Source of the DNA: Octopus sinensis
Taxonomy: Eukaryota
Assembly: GCF_006345805.1 (NCBI RefSeq)
Contig: NC_043006.1
Span: forward strand, 74,338,001 to 74,402,000
Direction of reading: 5' to 3'
DNA length: 64,000 nt
This document shows, one piece after another, positions 26,453 to 38,932 of the stretch (the stretch's first letter is position 1; each line of letters opens with the position of its first letter). The notes under the pieces were generated by a model, which did no database searches, had not been told where the DNA came from, and saw only the letters and a list, made by a program, of their open reading frames with translations. Both the position numbers and the translations under genes were made by a program.

Positions 26453-27059
26453 GAAGGCGGCGAGCTGGCAGAAACGTTAGCACGCCGGGCGAAATGCGTA
26501 GCCGTATTTCGTCTGCCGTTACGTTATGAGTTCAAATTCCGCCGAGGTCGACTTTGCCTTTCATCCTGTCGGGGTCGATTAAATAAGTACCAGTTACGCA
26601 CTGGGGTCGATGTAATCGACTTAATCCGTTTGTCTGTCCTTGTTTGTACCCTCTGTGTTTAGCCCCTTGTGGGTAGTAAAGAAATAGGTATTTCGTCTGC
26701 CGTTACGTTACGTTCTGAGTTCAAATTTCGCCGAGGTCGAATTTGCCTTTCATTCTTTCGGAGTCGATAAATTAAGTACCAGTTACCCACTGGGGTCGAT
26801 GTAATCGACGTAATCCGTTTTTCTGTCCTTGTTTGACCTCTCAGTGTTTAGCCCCTTGTGGGTAGTAAAGAAATAGGTATTTCGTCTGCCGTTACGTTCT
26901 GAGTTCAAATTCCGTCGAGGTCAACTTTGCCTTTCATCTTTTCGGGGTTGATAAATTAAGTACCATTTACGCACTGAAGTCGATGTAATTGACTTAATCC
27001 GTTTGTCTGTCCTTGTTTGTACCCTCTGTGTTTAGCCCTTTGTGGGCAGTAAAGAAACA
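26453..27059 (+). mobile_element. SINE family C: tRNA-like head plus three tandem 184-189-bp body units
   Basis: Units restart at 26504, 26688 and 26877 (GTATTTCGTCTGCCG); 14-bp TSD AGAAATATTAGCGT (26439-26452 and 27060-27073). Confidence 0.88.
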
Positions 27060-27280
27060 AGAAATATTAGCGTTAGGTTCTGTTAACCAGTGCCTCTAGC
27101 GTTGATAGAAATGGAGCAATGGTAAAGTTGTGTTTAAAGAAAGTGAATTTTATTCAGAACTAGGAGAAAAGAAAACGCATTTATTTTTGTTTCACAATAG
27201 AAGGAAAGCTTACTTTATATCCTGAAATAACGATTTAAAGGAGACTCTGACAGATGATGGGGCTTGAGTCATATTCTTAT

Positions 27281-27520
27281 ATCTTTTACTTGCTTCAGTC
27301 TTTAGACTGCGGCCATGTTGGGTCTCTGCCTTGAAGTTTTAGTCTAAGGATTCGACATCAGTATTTCATTTTAAAGCCTGGTACGTATTGCATCGACCTT
27401 TTTGACCGAACCGCTATGTTATGGAGATACAAATACACCATCGCCGGTTCTCAAAAAGTGGTGGTGGGACAAACATAGACCTAAATACATACATACGCAC
27501 AAATAGGTAGACATGCACAC

Positions 27521-27565
<45 letters not shown>

Positions 27566-27712
27566 ATATATATATGCGTGACAAAGAGACACACAAACAC
27601 ACAAACACATACATATATACGACGGGCTTCTTTCAGTTTCCATCTACTAAATCCACTCACAAGGCTTTGGTCGGCCCGCAGTTATAGTAGAAGACAGTTG
27701 CCCAAAGTGACA
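27281..27712 (-). mobile_element. SINE family A lacking the head
   Basis: Family A body, joined at 27713 to the (AAT)n retroposon. Confidence 0.75.
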
Positions 27713-28155
27713 CACAACCATATGTGTACGACATGGTGATCTCATATCAAGATAAACAGCATATGACCTTGCATGTGGGGCCCAGTTAGAATTCACTTCT
27801 GGTCTAGTAACCCATCCCGCTCAAAAGGTCCCTGAATAAGGGTTGTTTAAGGATGTTGAATTAAACACCCATGTTTGCAGAGGTAAATTATTGAAACCCC
27901 AAAGAATCTCTCTCAGCACATGACGATGATGCTCCCCCACTACTTCTGCTCGTGATCAGAGATGCACATATCGTCAGCCACTAAGGGACATGCTCAACTG
28001 GTTAAGGTCAAACAACTGACAAGCAAATCTGCGGTATTAGCAGGATATTTGCTGTAGCCCATCTTTTATACCAAGACAAAACAATGCACATGATAACACT
28101 TCCAATCAGTTTAGCTCAGAAGCATGAGAGCCACTGTCTGGTACTGCATCAAGGC

Positions 28156-28157
<2 letters not shown>
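27713..28157 (-). mobile_element. (AAT)n-targeting retroposon, 5' part
   Basis: Same family; extends further 5' than the 2972 copy and abuts (ATT)n at 28158. Confidence 0.75.
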
Positions 28158-28212
<55 letters not shown>

Positions 28213-28275
28213 AAGTGGTAGTAGTAATAGTAGCAGCAGCAGCAGTAGTAATAGTAGTAACAACAGCAGCAGCAA

Positions 28276-28327
<52 letters not shown>

Positions 28328-29016
28328 GGTGGTGGTGGTGGTAGTTGTACTACTTTAGTAGTTTGCATATTAAATTGCAATACCATAATCTCTTACACTT
28401 GCTTTTGACTGTGCATTATAATTTCCCCTCTCTTAAAATAAAAAAATCAACATTTCAAATATTCAAAGTTTAATCTTTTGTCTCTTAATATTTCTGTTTC
28501 ATTTTACTGCTAACACTTTTTCAAAGGTTTAAAATTTTAGACAACGATAGAACTGGTATTATTTATGCATCAGTTCGTTTGTCTCGTTTTGTCTTACTTC
28601 TAGTTTGTCTTTTCCTTTTGTCTAGTATTTGACAATTTTTAATGTGTTTTCAATGGAAACATTTCCAAATGTTCACGTAAATATTTAAAGTTTTTTTCTT
28701 GTCTATTTTGCAAAACTTCAATTTATATTTAATTTTGTCTGTCACTGACAACCGATGCGTATGTTTTTATTATGCTATTATAAATATTCTGAGCTGCAGG
28801 CACAACTGTTGGAATAAAACTTTCGCTTTGGGATCACGTTGTTTAAGATACAATCTCAGTGCGTGGTTATTCGGTGAAGTCAATGCCTCGTAAGTGTACA
28901 GTATTCTCTCGACAATCGCGTGTTATGTTCTAAAACAACCTCGTGATAGGTGAAGATCCGCGAAATAGAAACAGAACTGTTCTGTATATATATAAATATA
29001 TACATATATATATATA

Positions 29017-29459
29017 TATAACAATTTAGGAGTGACCCCAACAGGTCACTCGTCCACCAGAAAGAGCAGCCATAACTCACACCGCCAAGTAGTAGTAATT
29101 CAGAAATTAGGTGAAAATTTAAAAACATTTACCCTAATTCATCTTTTAGACGTTGCAACGTTTCTGTGTCATTAATGATTAAATTAGCTTAATTAAATTA
29201 AATTAAGCCAATCTACCATAGGTTACACTTCATCAGTAAAAGATGAAGTGTAACCTATGGTAGATTGGCTTAATTTAATTTAATTAAGCTAATTTAATCA
29301 TTAATGACACAGAAACGTTGCAACGTCTAAAAGATGAATTAGGGTAAATGTTTTTAAATTTTCACCTAATTTCTGAATTACTACTACTTGGCGGTGTGAG
29401 TTATGGCTGCTCTTTCTGGTGGACGAGTGACCTGTTGGGGTCACTCCTAAATTGTTATA
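29017..29459. repeat. Near-perfect palindrome with 218-bp arms and 7-nt loop (PLE pseudo-LTR fold-back)
   Basis: 29017-29234 is the reverse complement of 29242-29459; loop AGTAAAA; starts at a (TA)n tract. Confidence 0.92.
29138..29247 (-). ncRNA. Type I hammerhead ribozyme at the centre of a palindrome
   Basis: Minus strand: TTCATCTTTTA-CTGATGA-A-GTGT-(55 nt including a 12-bp hairpin)-ACAC-A-GAAA-CGTTGCAACG-TC-TAAAAGATGAA. Perfect 11-bp stem I, palindromic stem III, GUC (C17 = 29149); extra A on each side of stem II. Confidence 0.82.
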
Positions 29460-29551
29460 TTTATATATTTAGTCGATGACTATTTTCTCTTTTCCACCAG
29501 GCCGCTGGTTGCGATAAATTTCTATTGAATTTTTTTGCTACCCTAAACTGA

Positions 29552-29604
<53 letters not shown>

Positions 29605-32131
29605 ATTTTTATAATTTGTATGTATTTATTTTATTATAAATGGAAAACATCACCACGGAGGAATCGATGTAAGCTTAAATAATACACCACGATAGGTGAA
29701 CCGCGATATGGCGAGGGATTACTGTGCTTAGAAGACAGAAACTATGTCGAAAACCATCATGTGTGTGTGTGTGTGTGTGCTCGCGCACGCATGCGTGTGT
29801 CTTTGTTGTTCTATCTCACCGCTTGACTGGCGGAGTTGGTTTGGTTGCGTCTCCGCTTATTTGGGATTCGCAGTAAAAAGACCATTGCTGGAAATATGTA
29901 AAATGATCCATTTTGAACAACTAAAATATTCTATGAATATTGCCACAGTCCAGTGACTGAAACAATCAAAAGAATATTTTTTGCAGAATGCTTATTCCTT
30001 TAGTTGTTCTGTTTTCCTCATTTCCTTTCTTTGACTAAGTAACCATTTACAAGAATTTTCTTGAACTTTCCTTCACAACATCACCCAATGTAACAACACC
30101 TGGTCCATGAATGTCTTTAGCAGAGAGCATTCGATTTCATCTAGGCCATGCTTGGAAGTCAGCGAACAATTTTCCTTCTCCCCTCATGCGGTTGCCCTAA
30201 AATGTGTAATTTTCCTATTAATGACCATACCAATAACAAAAAATGTAGAGCTGTCAGCTACAAAACATTTGTATTCAAATCCGGTTTAATGTATCAGTCC
30301 ATAGCTTGAAGTTCTGTTCGTTTCTACCTGACTCTTCCACTATAACACATTTGTATAAGTATCTATGACTGTACGTGTTCGTATGGCTCAATGCGTGTGT
30401 ATGTGTGTATTTACGTATTTTTTGAAGCTATGAATGAGGAGTACTCAATACGTCCTTGACATTTCTCCTGTAAATTCAAAATTTAGTCTAATTCTAATAG
30501 CAATTCTAATAGTCTGATGCCAGCATAGCTCAAATGTCACCGTTTCCATCAAACGCACCATAGAAACAAAATTGATTTTTTTCTACATTCTTTGTAGGCA
30601 ATCTATTACAACCAAATATTCTTGCTTGCTTAATTAATTAATTTGTTTATTTATATATTTTGGACTGCGTTCGAACCATTTCGTGTCTATCGTCTGAATT
30701 TTCGTAGGCGTTTGAAAAAGTTTAATACCACGATGTGAAATTATTTTCATGGTTCCTGTGGCGTGGAATTCCTATTCTTGAAAATCAGAGCATCCACTCA
30801 ATTTATTAGATGAATTTTATTCATCTGTTATTCTGGTAATCATATATTTGGTGCAGAAGTCTAGTTTAAAATACATATACACTTTCAGCTTGGCTGTCAA
30901 TATTGTAGTATAGTGTGCGTGTGTATATGTTATTATTATCTTATAGTGTCTGTTTTTGGTCATTATTTTGAAACCTTAGTCTAGAATACTTATGGTCAAA
31001 GCCACGTTACTTTATTATGGATAATACTTCATTAAGGAATGTAACTGTCCAGTAAGGCAGTATAGTGGCACTCTGAAACCAAAAGAAACTTCGAGGTCGA
31101 TATATAGTATATTTTATGCAGAATGATGTTTACGTGCACGCATGTGATATACAAAAGTTCTCCAATTACAATACCAGTATATCTCTAAGAAAAAAAAAAC
31201 TTTTTTGAGGTTAACTGCCAATCACTATGAAATATTTCACCGTTTTCTCTTCACATCATACTATATCAGGGATATAGGCTGTCAGTTTAATAGTAGCACC
31301 TTGTTCTGGAGAGTATTCAGCATAGTTCTCTTAGTTTCACGCATTGAAACTAGACACCCGCTTTTGCCTATTTCCTCCCGCTTTCCCTTCTGCACCGTTA
31401 CATATGTTTTTTTTTTAAAGACATTTGGACAGGATATCGATAGCACCAATCTCAACAATATGGTAAAGCTTGAAAATATCATGGACAATAAAAAAAATAG
31501 CTCCACAAACTGAGTGTCTCTAAGTTCCTAGCCGACGTTTTCCAATCTTTTGGCTATCGCTACTGCAGTATCCTCTTCGTCTTAGAGCTAGCAGGGTTTA
31601 TGCCATATTAGCTCCTTACTCGCTTCTTGTTCCCCATTCGTCAACTGCATTATACCCAATACTTCTCAGGCATCGGATGAACAACAAAGTCCGGTCTCTC
31701 CTTTCTCTGTAAACCATAGATATTGAATTCATTCCCTGCAAATGTGATTTCTGCTGCTGACAAATTGCAGCTGTTTCTAGAACACTGACACTGTTGATCT
31801 CCATGTACTTAGAAAGCATTGCAAAAGTCTTCTCTCACGACGAAGCAAATAAAAGGGGGGATTTCTTCTTTTGTATAAATCATATTTAAAAATAGACCAG
31901 CAAATGTAAAGAAAAAGATTATATTACATTCCAGACCTCAGTAACTAGTATTAAGCAAAGATTTGAATGAGTCAACCCAATAAAACTCACAAATCGCCCA
32001 TACATATATGTATGTATATGTGTGTGCGTGAGAGATAGATAGAGAGAGAGACAGAGATAGACAGAGAGAGAGACAGAGAGAGAGAGAGTGTGTGTTATTG
32101 CGTGTACACATGTATACATATATGTATCTGT

Positions 32132-32545
32132 CTTTACTCTTTACTCTTTTACTTGTTTCAGTCATTTGACTGCGGCCATACTGGAGCACTGCCTTTAGTC
32201 AAGCAAATCGACCCCAGGACTTATTCTTTGTAAGCCTAGCACTTATTCTATCAGTCTCTTTCGCCGAACCGCTAAATTACGGGGACGTAAATACACCAGC
32301 ATCGGTTGTCAAGCGATGTTGGGGGGACAAACACAGACACACAAGCATATACGCACACATACATATATATATACATATATACGACGGGCTTCTTTCAGTT
32401 TTCGTCTACCAAATCCACTCACAAGGCTTTGGTCGGCTCGAGGCTATAGTAGAAGACACTCTCCCAAGGTGCCACGCAGTGGGACTAAACCCGGAATCAT
32501 TTGGTTGGTAAGCAAGCTACTTACCACACAGCCACTACTGCGCCT
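32132..32545 (-). mobile_element. SINE family A, well preserved
   Basis: Full head (AGGCGCAGTAGTGGCTGTGTGGTAAG), core, internal microsatellite and (GAGTAAA)n-like tail. Confidence 0.9.
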
Positions 32546-33209
32546 ATGTGTATCTATGTGTATGTATATTATCAATTTTCTATGTAAATGATGGAAGCTT
32601 GTGACTCCGCAAAAATTTCAAATTCATTAGGATTACATATATTCTCAATTTAATCTATAATGAATTCCATTTTATTAACGATGGGTTTATTGTGATAGTA
32701 GTTTATTAACCTCCAGAACATACTGACGAGCTACAAGTAGATCAGTTCAAATAAAAGAGCGAATCAGACTTTTCTGGGTTTCAGATTTATAAAGTCGTAA
32801 ATAGCAAACTAATCAATTTACTTGATATTATCTATTAAATGGGATACTTCAGTGACAAACAGTCAGACAGACAGTCGATAGATAGCGATCTTGTAATTAC
32901 AAGTTTTCGGTCATATTTAACCATAAAGCCTTATTCAAATTAGTTTTAAATATATATATATATATTATTGTAAGAGCGTACAGCAATTTTTATGAAGCCG
33001 TTAACAATCACCGACATATAGAGTTAAATACGAGAAAACTTAAAGTAAAGGTTAAGCGGTTTAAGCCAATATATTCAATCCGTGTCGAGAAAATATTTTT
33101 CCATCACGTTACGTACCACTTCTTTCCTAGCTTGAGATGTTTTTTTTTTTAAAATCATAAAATTTTAGCTATTAGACAAAATAAAACTTCACTAATGTGT
33201 CGAGGGTGA

Positions 33210-33212
33210 TTA

Positions 33213-33253
<41 letters not shown>

Positions 33254-33423
33254 TAATAATAACAATAATAATAATAATAGTAATAATAGTAATAATAACA
33301 ATAATAATAACAGTAATAATAATAATTACAATAATAATAATGATAATAATAATAATAACAACAATAATAATAATGATAATAATAATATAAAATAACAATA
33401 ATAATAATAATGATAATAATAAC

Positions 33424-33454
<31 letters not shown>

Positions 33455-33529
33455 GTAATAATAATAATGATAATAATAACAATACTAATAATAATAATGA
33501 TAATAATAATAACAATAATAATAATAATG

Positions 33530-33581
<52 letters not shown>

Positions 33582-33590
33582 TAATAATAG
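33210..33590. repeat. Long degenerate (AAT)n microsatellite
   Basis: Direct inspection. Confidence 0.95.
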
Positions 33591-34199
33591 CGAATTACCT
33601 AAACCTGAATAACAACTGCCCACTCCAAATATAATTGCCATCCAGTAAAGATTTGTCCGGTCGATGATAATTTTCTTGAAAATTCAATTATCCACTCAGC
33701 CACAGTCTAATATGGTATTAAACGGAACGGCATAGCCTGGCACAGAATTAATTGCATGTCCGTTTAAACTTGGATATTACCAGTATAATTATACATTCAG
33801 AAGTTGACAGTGACAATTCAGTACCATCCTCGTGACCTACATATGGTATTTGAAAAATAATAACTTAATCCACGGTTTTATATGGCGCCTTATACACAAA
33901 CTCATTTTCTAAACTATACATTATTCAAGAACTCTTCACTTTAAAACATCATATTAAATCTTTCAATATCAACTTCATCTTGTCTACATCTGCTTCGTTA
34001 TTTTCTTTAAATACCGTTCACCAACGACGTTCTAAAATGTTCGAGAAATTCAAAAAAAACATACAATTTGCGTATGACAATATTTGTTAATGGAACCGCC
34101 CGCGCATCTTAGCTTTTTACACGCTTCAGTCATTAGATTGCGCCCACGCTGGAGGAACACCTTGAATGGGGTTATCGAACAAAACGACCGCAGCTCTTA

Positions 34200-34678
34200 T
34201 TCTTTTACTCTTTTACTTGTTTCAGTCATTTGACTGCGGCCATGCTGGAGCACCGCATGACTTCAGCGTTAGAGCTGAAACGTATAATATAATAAAAGGA
34301 TAAAAGAATTCCCACGTATATCGACCCTATTCTTTGTAAGCCTAGTACTTATTCTATCGGTCTCTTTTGTCGAACCGCTAGGTTACGGGAAGGTAAACAC
34401 ACCAGCATCAGTTGTCAAGCGATGCTGGGGGGGGACAAACACAAACACACAAACATACACACACACACCACACACACACACACAAATATGTATATATATA
34501 TATATACATATATACGACGGGCTTCTTTCAGTTTCCGTCTACCAAATCCACTCATTAGGCTTTGTTCGGCCCGAGGCTATAGTAGAATACCCTTTCCCAA
34601 GGTGCCACGCACTGGGACTGAACCCAGAACCATGTGGTTGGTAAGCATGATACTTACCACGCAGCCACTGCTGCGCCT
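34200..34678 (-). mobile_element. SINE family A with an internal 65-bp replacement
   Basis: Homologous to 32132-32545; foreign segment at 34257-34321. Confidence 0.85.
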
Positions 34679-34784
34679 ATTGTATCATTTGTTTACGAAC
34701 TGCTAAGTTACGTAAACGTAAACAAACTAGCAGCAGTTGTAAGAAGATGGTGGGAAAATGTAAACAAAAAAAGCATACAGACAG

Positions 34785-35115
34785 GTTCCAGTAATCCCGT
34801 TCAGAGTAACGACCATGTACAGCAATAGTTCGGGATTCAAGGGCCCACAGATACTTAACGCTTTGCCAAAACATCTGTGGGATCTTCATGGAGTAGGAGT
34901 AGATATTTTCAAGAAACAACTTGACCTCCTACTATCTAAGGTCCAAGATGAACGTATATCACGGCAGGAAACTCAATAGAGGGCAGCAGTGTCGAATTCC
35001 GACCTTCATCAAAAGCCAGTCACATAAGATTGGCCATTGATAAGGTGATTTGTGGCGGTGCTCCAACATGGCCACAGCCTTAGGGCTGAAACGAATAAAA
35101 TAAAAGGATAAAAGA
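34785..35115 (+). mobile_element. CR1-group LINE 3' fragment
   Basis: NSSGFKGPQILNALPKHLWDLHGVGVDIFKKQLDLLLSKVQDE from 34824, typical of the CR1 ORF2 C-terminus, followed by a 3' tail. Confidence 0.7.
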
Positions 35116-35589
35116 ATTCCCACGTATATAAGACGACCCGGAGATATAGTAGAAGGAAACCGCCTAAGGCGCCGTGTAGCTTTGCATGATTTACGCCATC
35201 GTTAAGTAGAGTACAGAAGTAGGGTGATGTAAAAGGGGAAAAAATGTCAAAATATTGAAATTGGTGCCTGGTGTTATTTATTCCATTCCTCTGCGTACTG
35301 GGTTTAAATCCTACCGTGGTCTACTTGGGTGGGAGACTTAATTCGTCATCCGATGTAAAATGTAACAGCAACAGCTCGGGTGTCCTTAGTAGAGGGGACT
35401 CAGAAGAAAGCATGCTGAGCCCTGTAAAGAATTATGTGTGTGTGTGTGTGAGTATGTGTGTGAACATTTCTGGAATCAAAACTGAAAGAGATGAGAAATC
35501 GACTATGCAAACTTTCCAATAAGAGAGCTTCAAAAATGAGATAAAAGCTTGGTTTTGAAATTCCTATTTCGCTACTCGCTCGCGTACAC

Positions 35590-35897
35590 AAATATTCCAG
35601 AACTCTGGCAATACGTTTCTAGTACCTTCTCTTGCTTTGCGAAAATCGTCGACGTCCAGAGTAATCTGGAATGTTTCTGGTGGACGTACCTCTAATTTGC
35701 GTGATAAAATTGTTTGAAAATCTTTCTTTAATTGGAACTACCTTTACAAAGTTCGAATAGCACTTACGATACATTACCTCCATTCAAATCATAGTCTGGC
35801 TGAGCATTATTATTTCCAGTGAGTTAAACTTAAAAAGAAATGAAAATCAAGTGAGTCATCAGTTGCTAAAGTGTGTATACATTTTTGCAACACTGTA
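35590..35897 (-). mobile_element. Possible Tc1-like 5' end fragment
   Basis: Minus strand begins TA-CAGTGTTGCAAAAATGTATACAC and has a weak SGRRR motif downstream. Confidence 0.3.
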
Positions 35898-36428
35898 TAT
35901 ATATCCGATGGTGACGAGAAAATGAAAGCAAATTAAGGACGCAAATGAGTTAAGTTGAAAGCAAACTAGAATGAGACTGATTGGAGAACACAATAAAAAC
36001 GAGGAAATATATTTGTTCAGAGTTTAATATGAAGGTACTAACGAAGGTACTATAACAAACATAATCCCATCGACTGTTTATCCAGGAAGCCTGGATCAAC
36101 AACATAATCTACAGCATACTACCGATCAACATAGTAATAGGATTATTAATTTCTTGTATATTCATGAGATTTTGAACATTGTTATTATTGATATAGTTAT
36201 AATTGTTGTTGTTATAATAATAATAATAATAATAATATTAATAATGATTATTATTATTATTATTATTATTATTGGTAGTGGTAGTAGTAGGAGGAGGAAG
36301 AGGAGGGAGAGGCACATGAGTAGGAAGAGTAGGAGAGCGAAGGAGGAGGGGACGGTGGTGGTATTTTTGAATCGGTCTGGAGTAACTTCAAATATTACGG
36401 AGCACATACTCACACGCATACACACACG

Positions 36429-36495
<67 letters not shown>

Positions 36496-36602
36496 GCACG
36501 CACGCACTCGTATACAAAGATATATGGCGTATTTTCTGATCAAATTCACATCGATACACGTACGCACACAAGCAAACATTGATACATAGATACATCTGTA
36601 CA

Positions 36603-36678
<76 letters not shown>

Positions 36679-37017
36679 TACATATATGTAAGGATTCGCA
36701 CGCAGCACCGCGTGCGCACATATGAGAGAATTCGAAAGCCATACTGTATGTATATATTTAATTTTTATACCGAAACGGTATGAATTAAAATAATCGTGAT
36801 ACGCAGTCTCTTACAGAATAATTTCGAAATATATTTGCCTGTTCTCATTCAGCCGACTTCAAGGGTAAACCAAAGTATTTTTTCTCTTTCTCTTGTCTCT
36901 CTTACATTCTCTCACTTGCAAACGAAACGAAAAGGACTCGGCTAATTTCGTCTGGTTATTTCTGGCTGATAGAGCCGGAAATAAGGTGTTCTACGCAATA
37001 AGTAAAAATCATGATAA

Positions 37018-37165
37018 GCGCAGGCGTGGCTGTGTGGTAAGAAGTTTGCTTCCCAACTACATGGTTCCAAGTTCAGTTCCACTGCGTGGCACGGGCAAAT
37101 GCCTTCTCTTATAGCCCCGAATCGACTACAATCTTGTGAATAGATTTGGCAGATATAAATTGAAA
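37018..37165 (+). mobile_element. SINE family A 5' part
   Basis: GCGCAGGCGTGGCTGTGTGGTAAGAAG head, B-box-like GTTCAGTTCC. Confidence 0.7.
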
Positions 37166-37169
37166 GACG

Positions 37170-37208
<39 letters not shown>

Positions 37209-37243
37209 ACATGTGTGTGTATATATATATATGTATATGTATA

Positions 37244-37458
37244 CAGAGTGGCCCAAAATTAGGTTTACAATAAATCAACAATCTCTTTCGCATTTATATA
37301 TTAACTGTTTAGATTTTAATTATAAAAATATATGAAGCCTTTTTTCTATATAATTTAGTTAATTGTAAGATAGAAATTTAAATGTAATAATGTTTTAAAA
37401 AAATTTAAAGTGCCTCCATGATAACGTAAACCTAGTAAACCTACTTTGGAACACCCTG
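37244..37458. mobile_element. Tc1/mariner MITE
   Basis: TA-CAGAGTGGCCCAAAATTAGGTTTAC...GTAAACCTACTTTGGAACACCCTG-TA: imperfect TIRs and TA TSD. Confidence 0.7.
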
Positions 37459-37464
37459 TATAAA

Positions 37465-37510
<46 letters not shown>

Positions 37511-37554
37511 TATGTGTGTGTGTGTGTGTCTCTCTCTCTGTATGTATGTATATA

Positions 37555-37747
37555 TACGATAAGGAGCTGAAAAATTCCTAGCTTTTAGTAAAAGAAAATC
37601 AAGGAGGACCAGTTAATTATGATTCACTCACTTATTGCAGTGGTCCTCGAGATTTTCGAAGCTCTGTAAAAGAACTCGGAGGTTTGGCCCTCCAACCAGG
37701 CCTTTCGTGACACGCTTAGAGCCATGAACTTTTCAACACCTCCTGTA
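37555..37747. mobile_element. Mariner-like MITE, degenerate
   Basis: Loosely inverted ends GCTGAAAAATTCCTAGCT and AGCCATGAACTTTTCAAC, with TA termini. Confidence 0.4.
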
Positions 37748-38438
37748 TGTGTGTGTGAGTGTGTGTGTGTGTGTGTGAGAGTATGCGGTTCAACTACAGA
37801 GTCCGATAAAATAAGTAGCATGCTTTTAGAAATATATGTTCAGGGGGGCCGATTCGTTCGACTAAAATGCTTTAAGGCGGTGCTGCCGCAAAGCCGCAGT
37901 TGAATTGACTGAAAGGTATAAAAGGCAAAGATTAAAAAGTCAAAATTGGGTAAGACCCTAATCGATTATGCTCCGGTTCATAAAAAATGAAGGTTTGTGC
38001 TTGAGCTAAAACTCAATATTGTTAAACAAAATGGTTGAAGTACCGGAGGAGATGCTCTTGAATGCAGTGCCACAAAATTGTTCCGGCCCAATGTATGGAG
38101 AGGGAGTATATACACATGGTACAGGGTATGTATACACGTGGTACAGACATTTAGCTAATAGGAAAAATATCATCTATCTATCTATCTCTTCCTCTCTCTC
38201 AATCTTTCTTTCTGTATATGTACACACACACACACATACATACGCACACACACACACATACACACATACGTACACACACGCACACACACATACACATACA
38301 CACATATGTTCACATACATAAGGAAACAGGAATATAAATGAGAAATATATATAAACTGAAGATCACAGGATTAAAAAGAAACTCAAAATATAGATAGGTC
38401 TTAGCTTATTCTATTGATTATATATATATAGTCTATTG

Positions 38439-38477
<39 letters not shown>

Positions 38478-38479
38478 AA

Positions 38480-38858
38480 GCACTCCGTCGGTTACGTCGA
38501 CGAGGGTTCCGGTTGATCCGAATCAACGGAACAGCCTGCTCGTGAAATTAACGTGTAAGTGGCTGAGCACTCCACAGACACGTGTACCCTTAACGTAGTT
38601 CTCGGGGTTATTCAGCGTGACACAGAGAGTGACAAGGCCGACCCTTTGATATACAGGTACAACAGAAACAGGAAGTAAGAGTGAGAGAAAGTTGTGGTGA
38701 AAGAGTACAGCAGGGATCACCACCATCCCCTGCCGGAGCCTCGTGGAACTTTTAGGTGTTTTCGCTCAATAAACACTCACAACGCCCGGTCTGGGAATCG
38801 AAACCGCGATCCTATGACCGCGAGTCCGCTGCCCTAACCACTGGGCCATTGCACCTCC
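38480..38858 (-). mobile_element. SINE family B
   Basis: GGAGGTGCAATGGCCCAGTGGTTAGGG head, GTTTCGATTCC B box, same 3' end as 9765-10071. Confidence 0.85.
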
Positions 38859-38932
38859 ACATATATATATATATAGTGTGTGTGTGAAAATGTATGTGTA
38901 TATATGCGTGTGTGTGTGTGTATGCCTAGGCA

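Larger units (their letters stand above)
28899..29724. mobile_element. pogo/Tigger-like MITE interrupted by the HHR palindrome
   Basis: Termini CAGTATTCTCTCG...CGAGGGATTACTG; both halves match the reverse complement of 2225-2486; about 28985-29620 is inserted sequence. Confidence 0.7.

Noticed and set aside
26504-27059. CRISPR-like or ribozyme-bearing array
   Set aside because: Units are contiguous SINE body copies with no unique spacers, and no CUGANGA/GAAA core was found on either strand.
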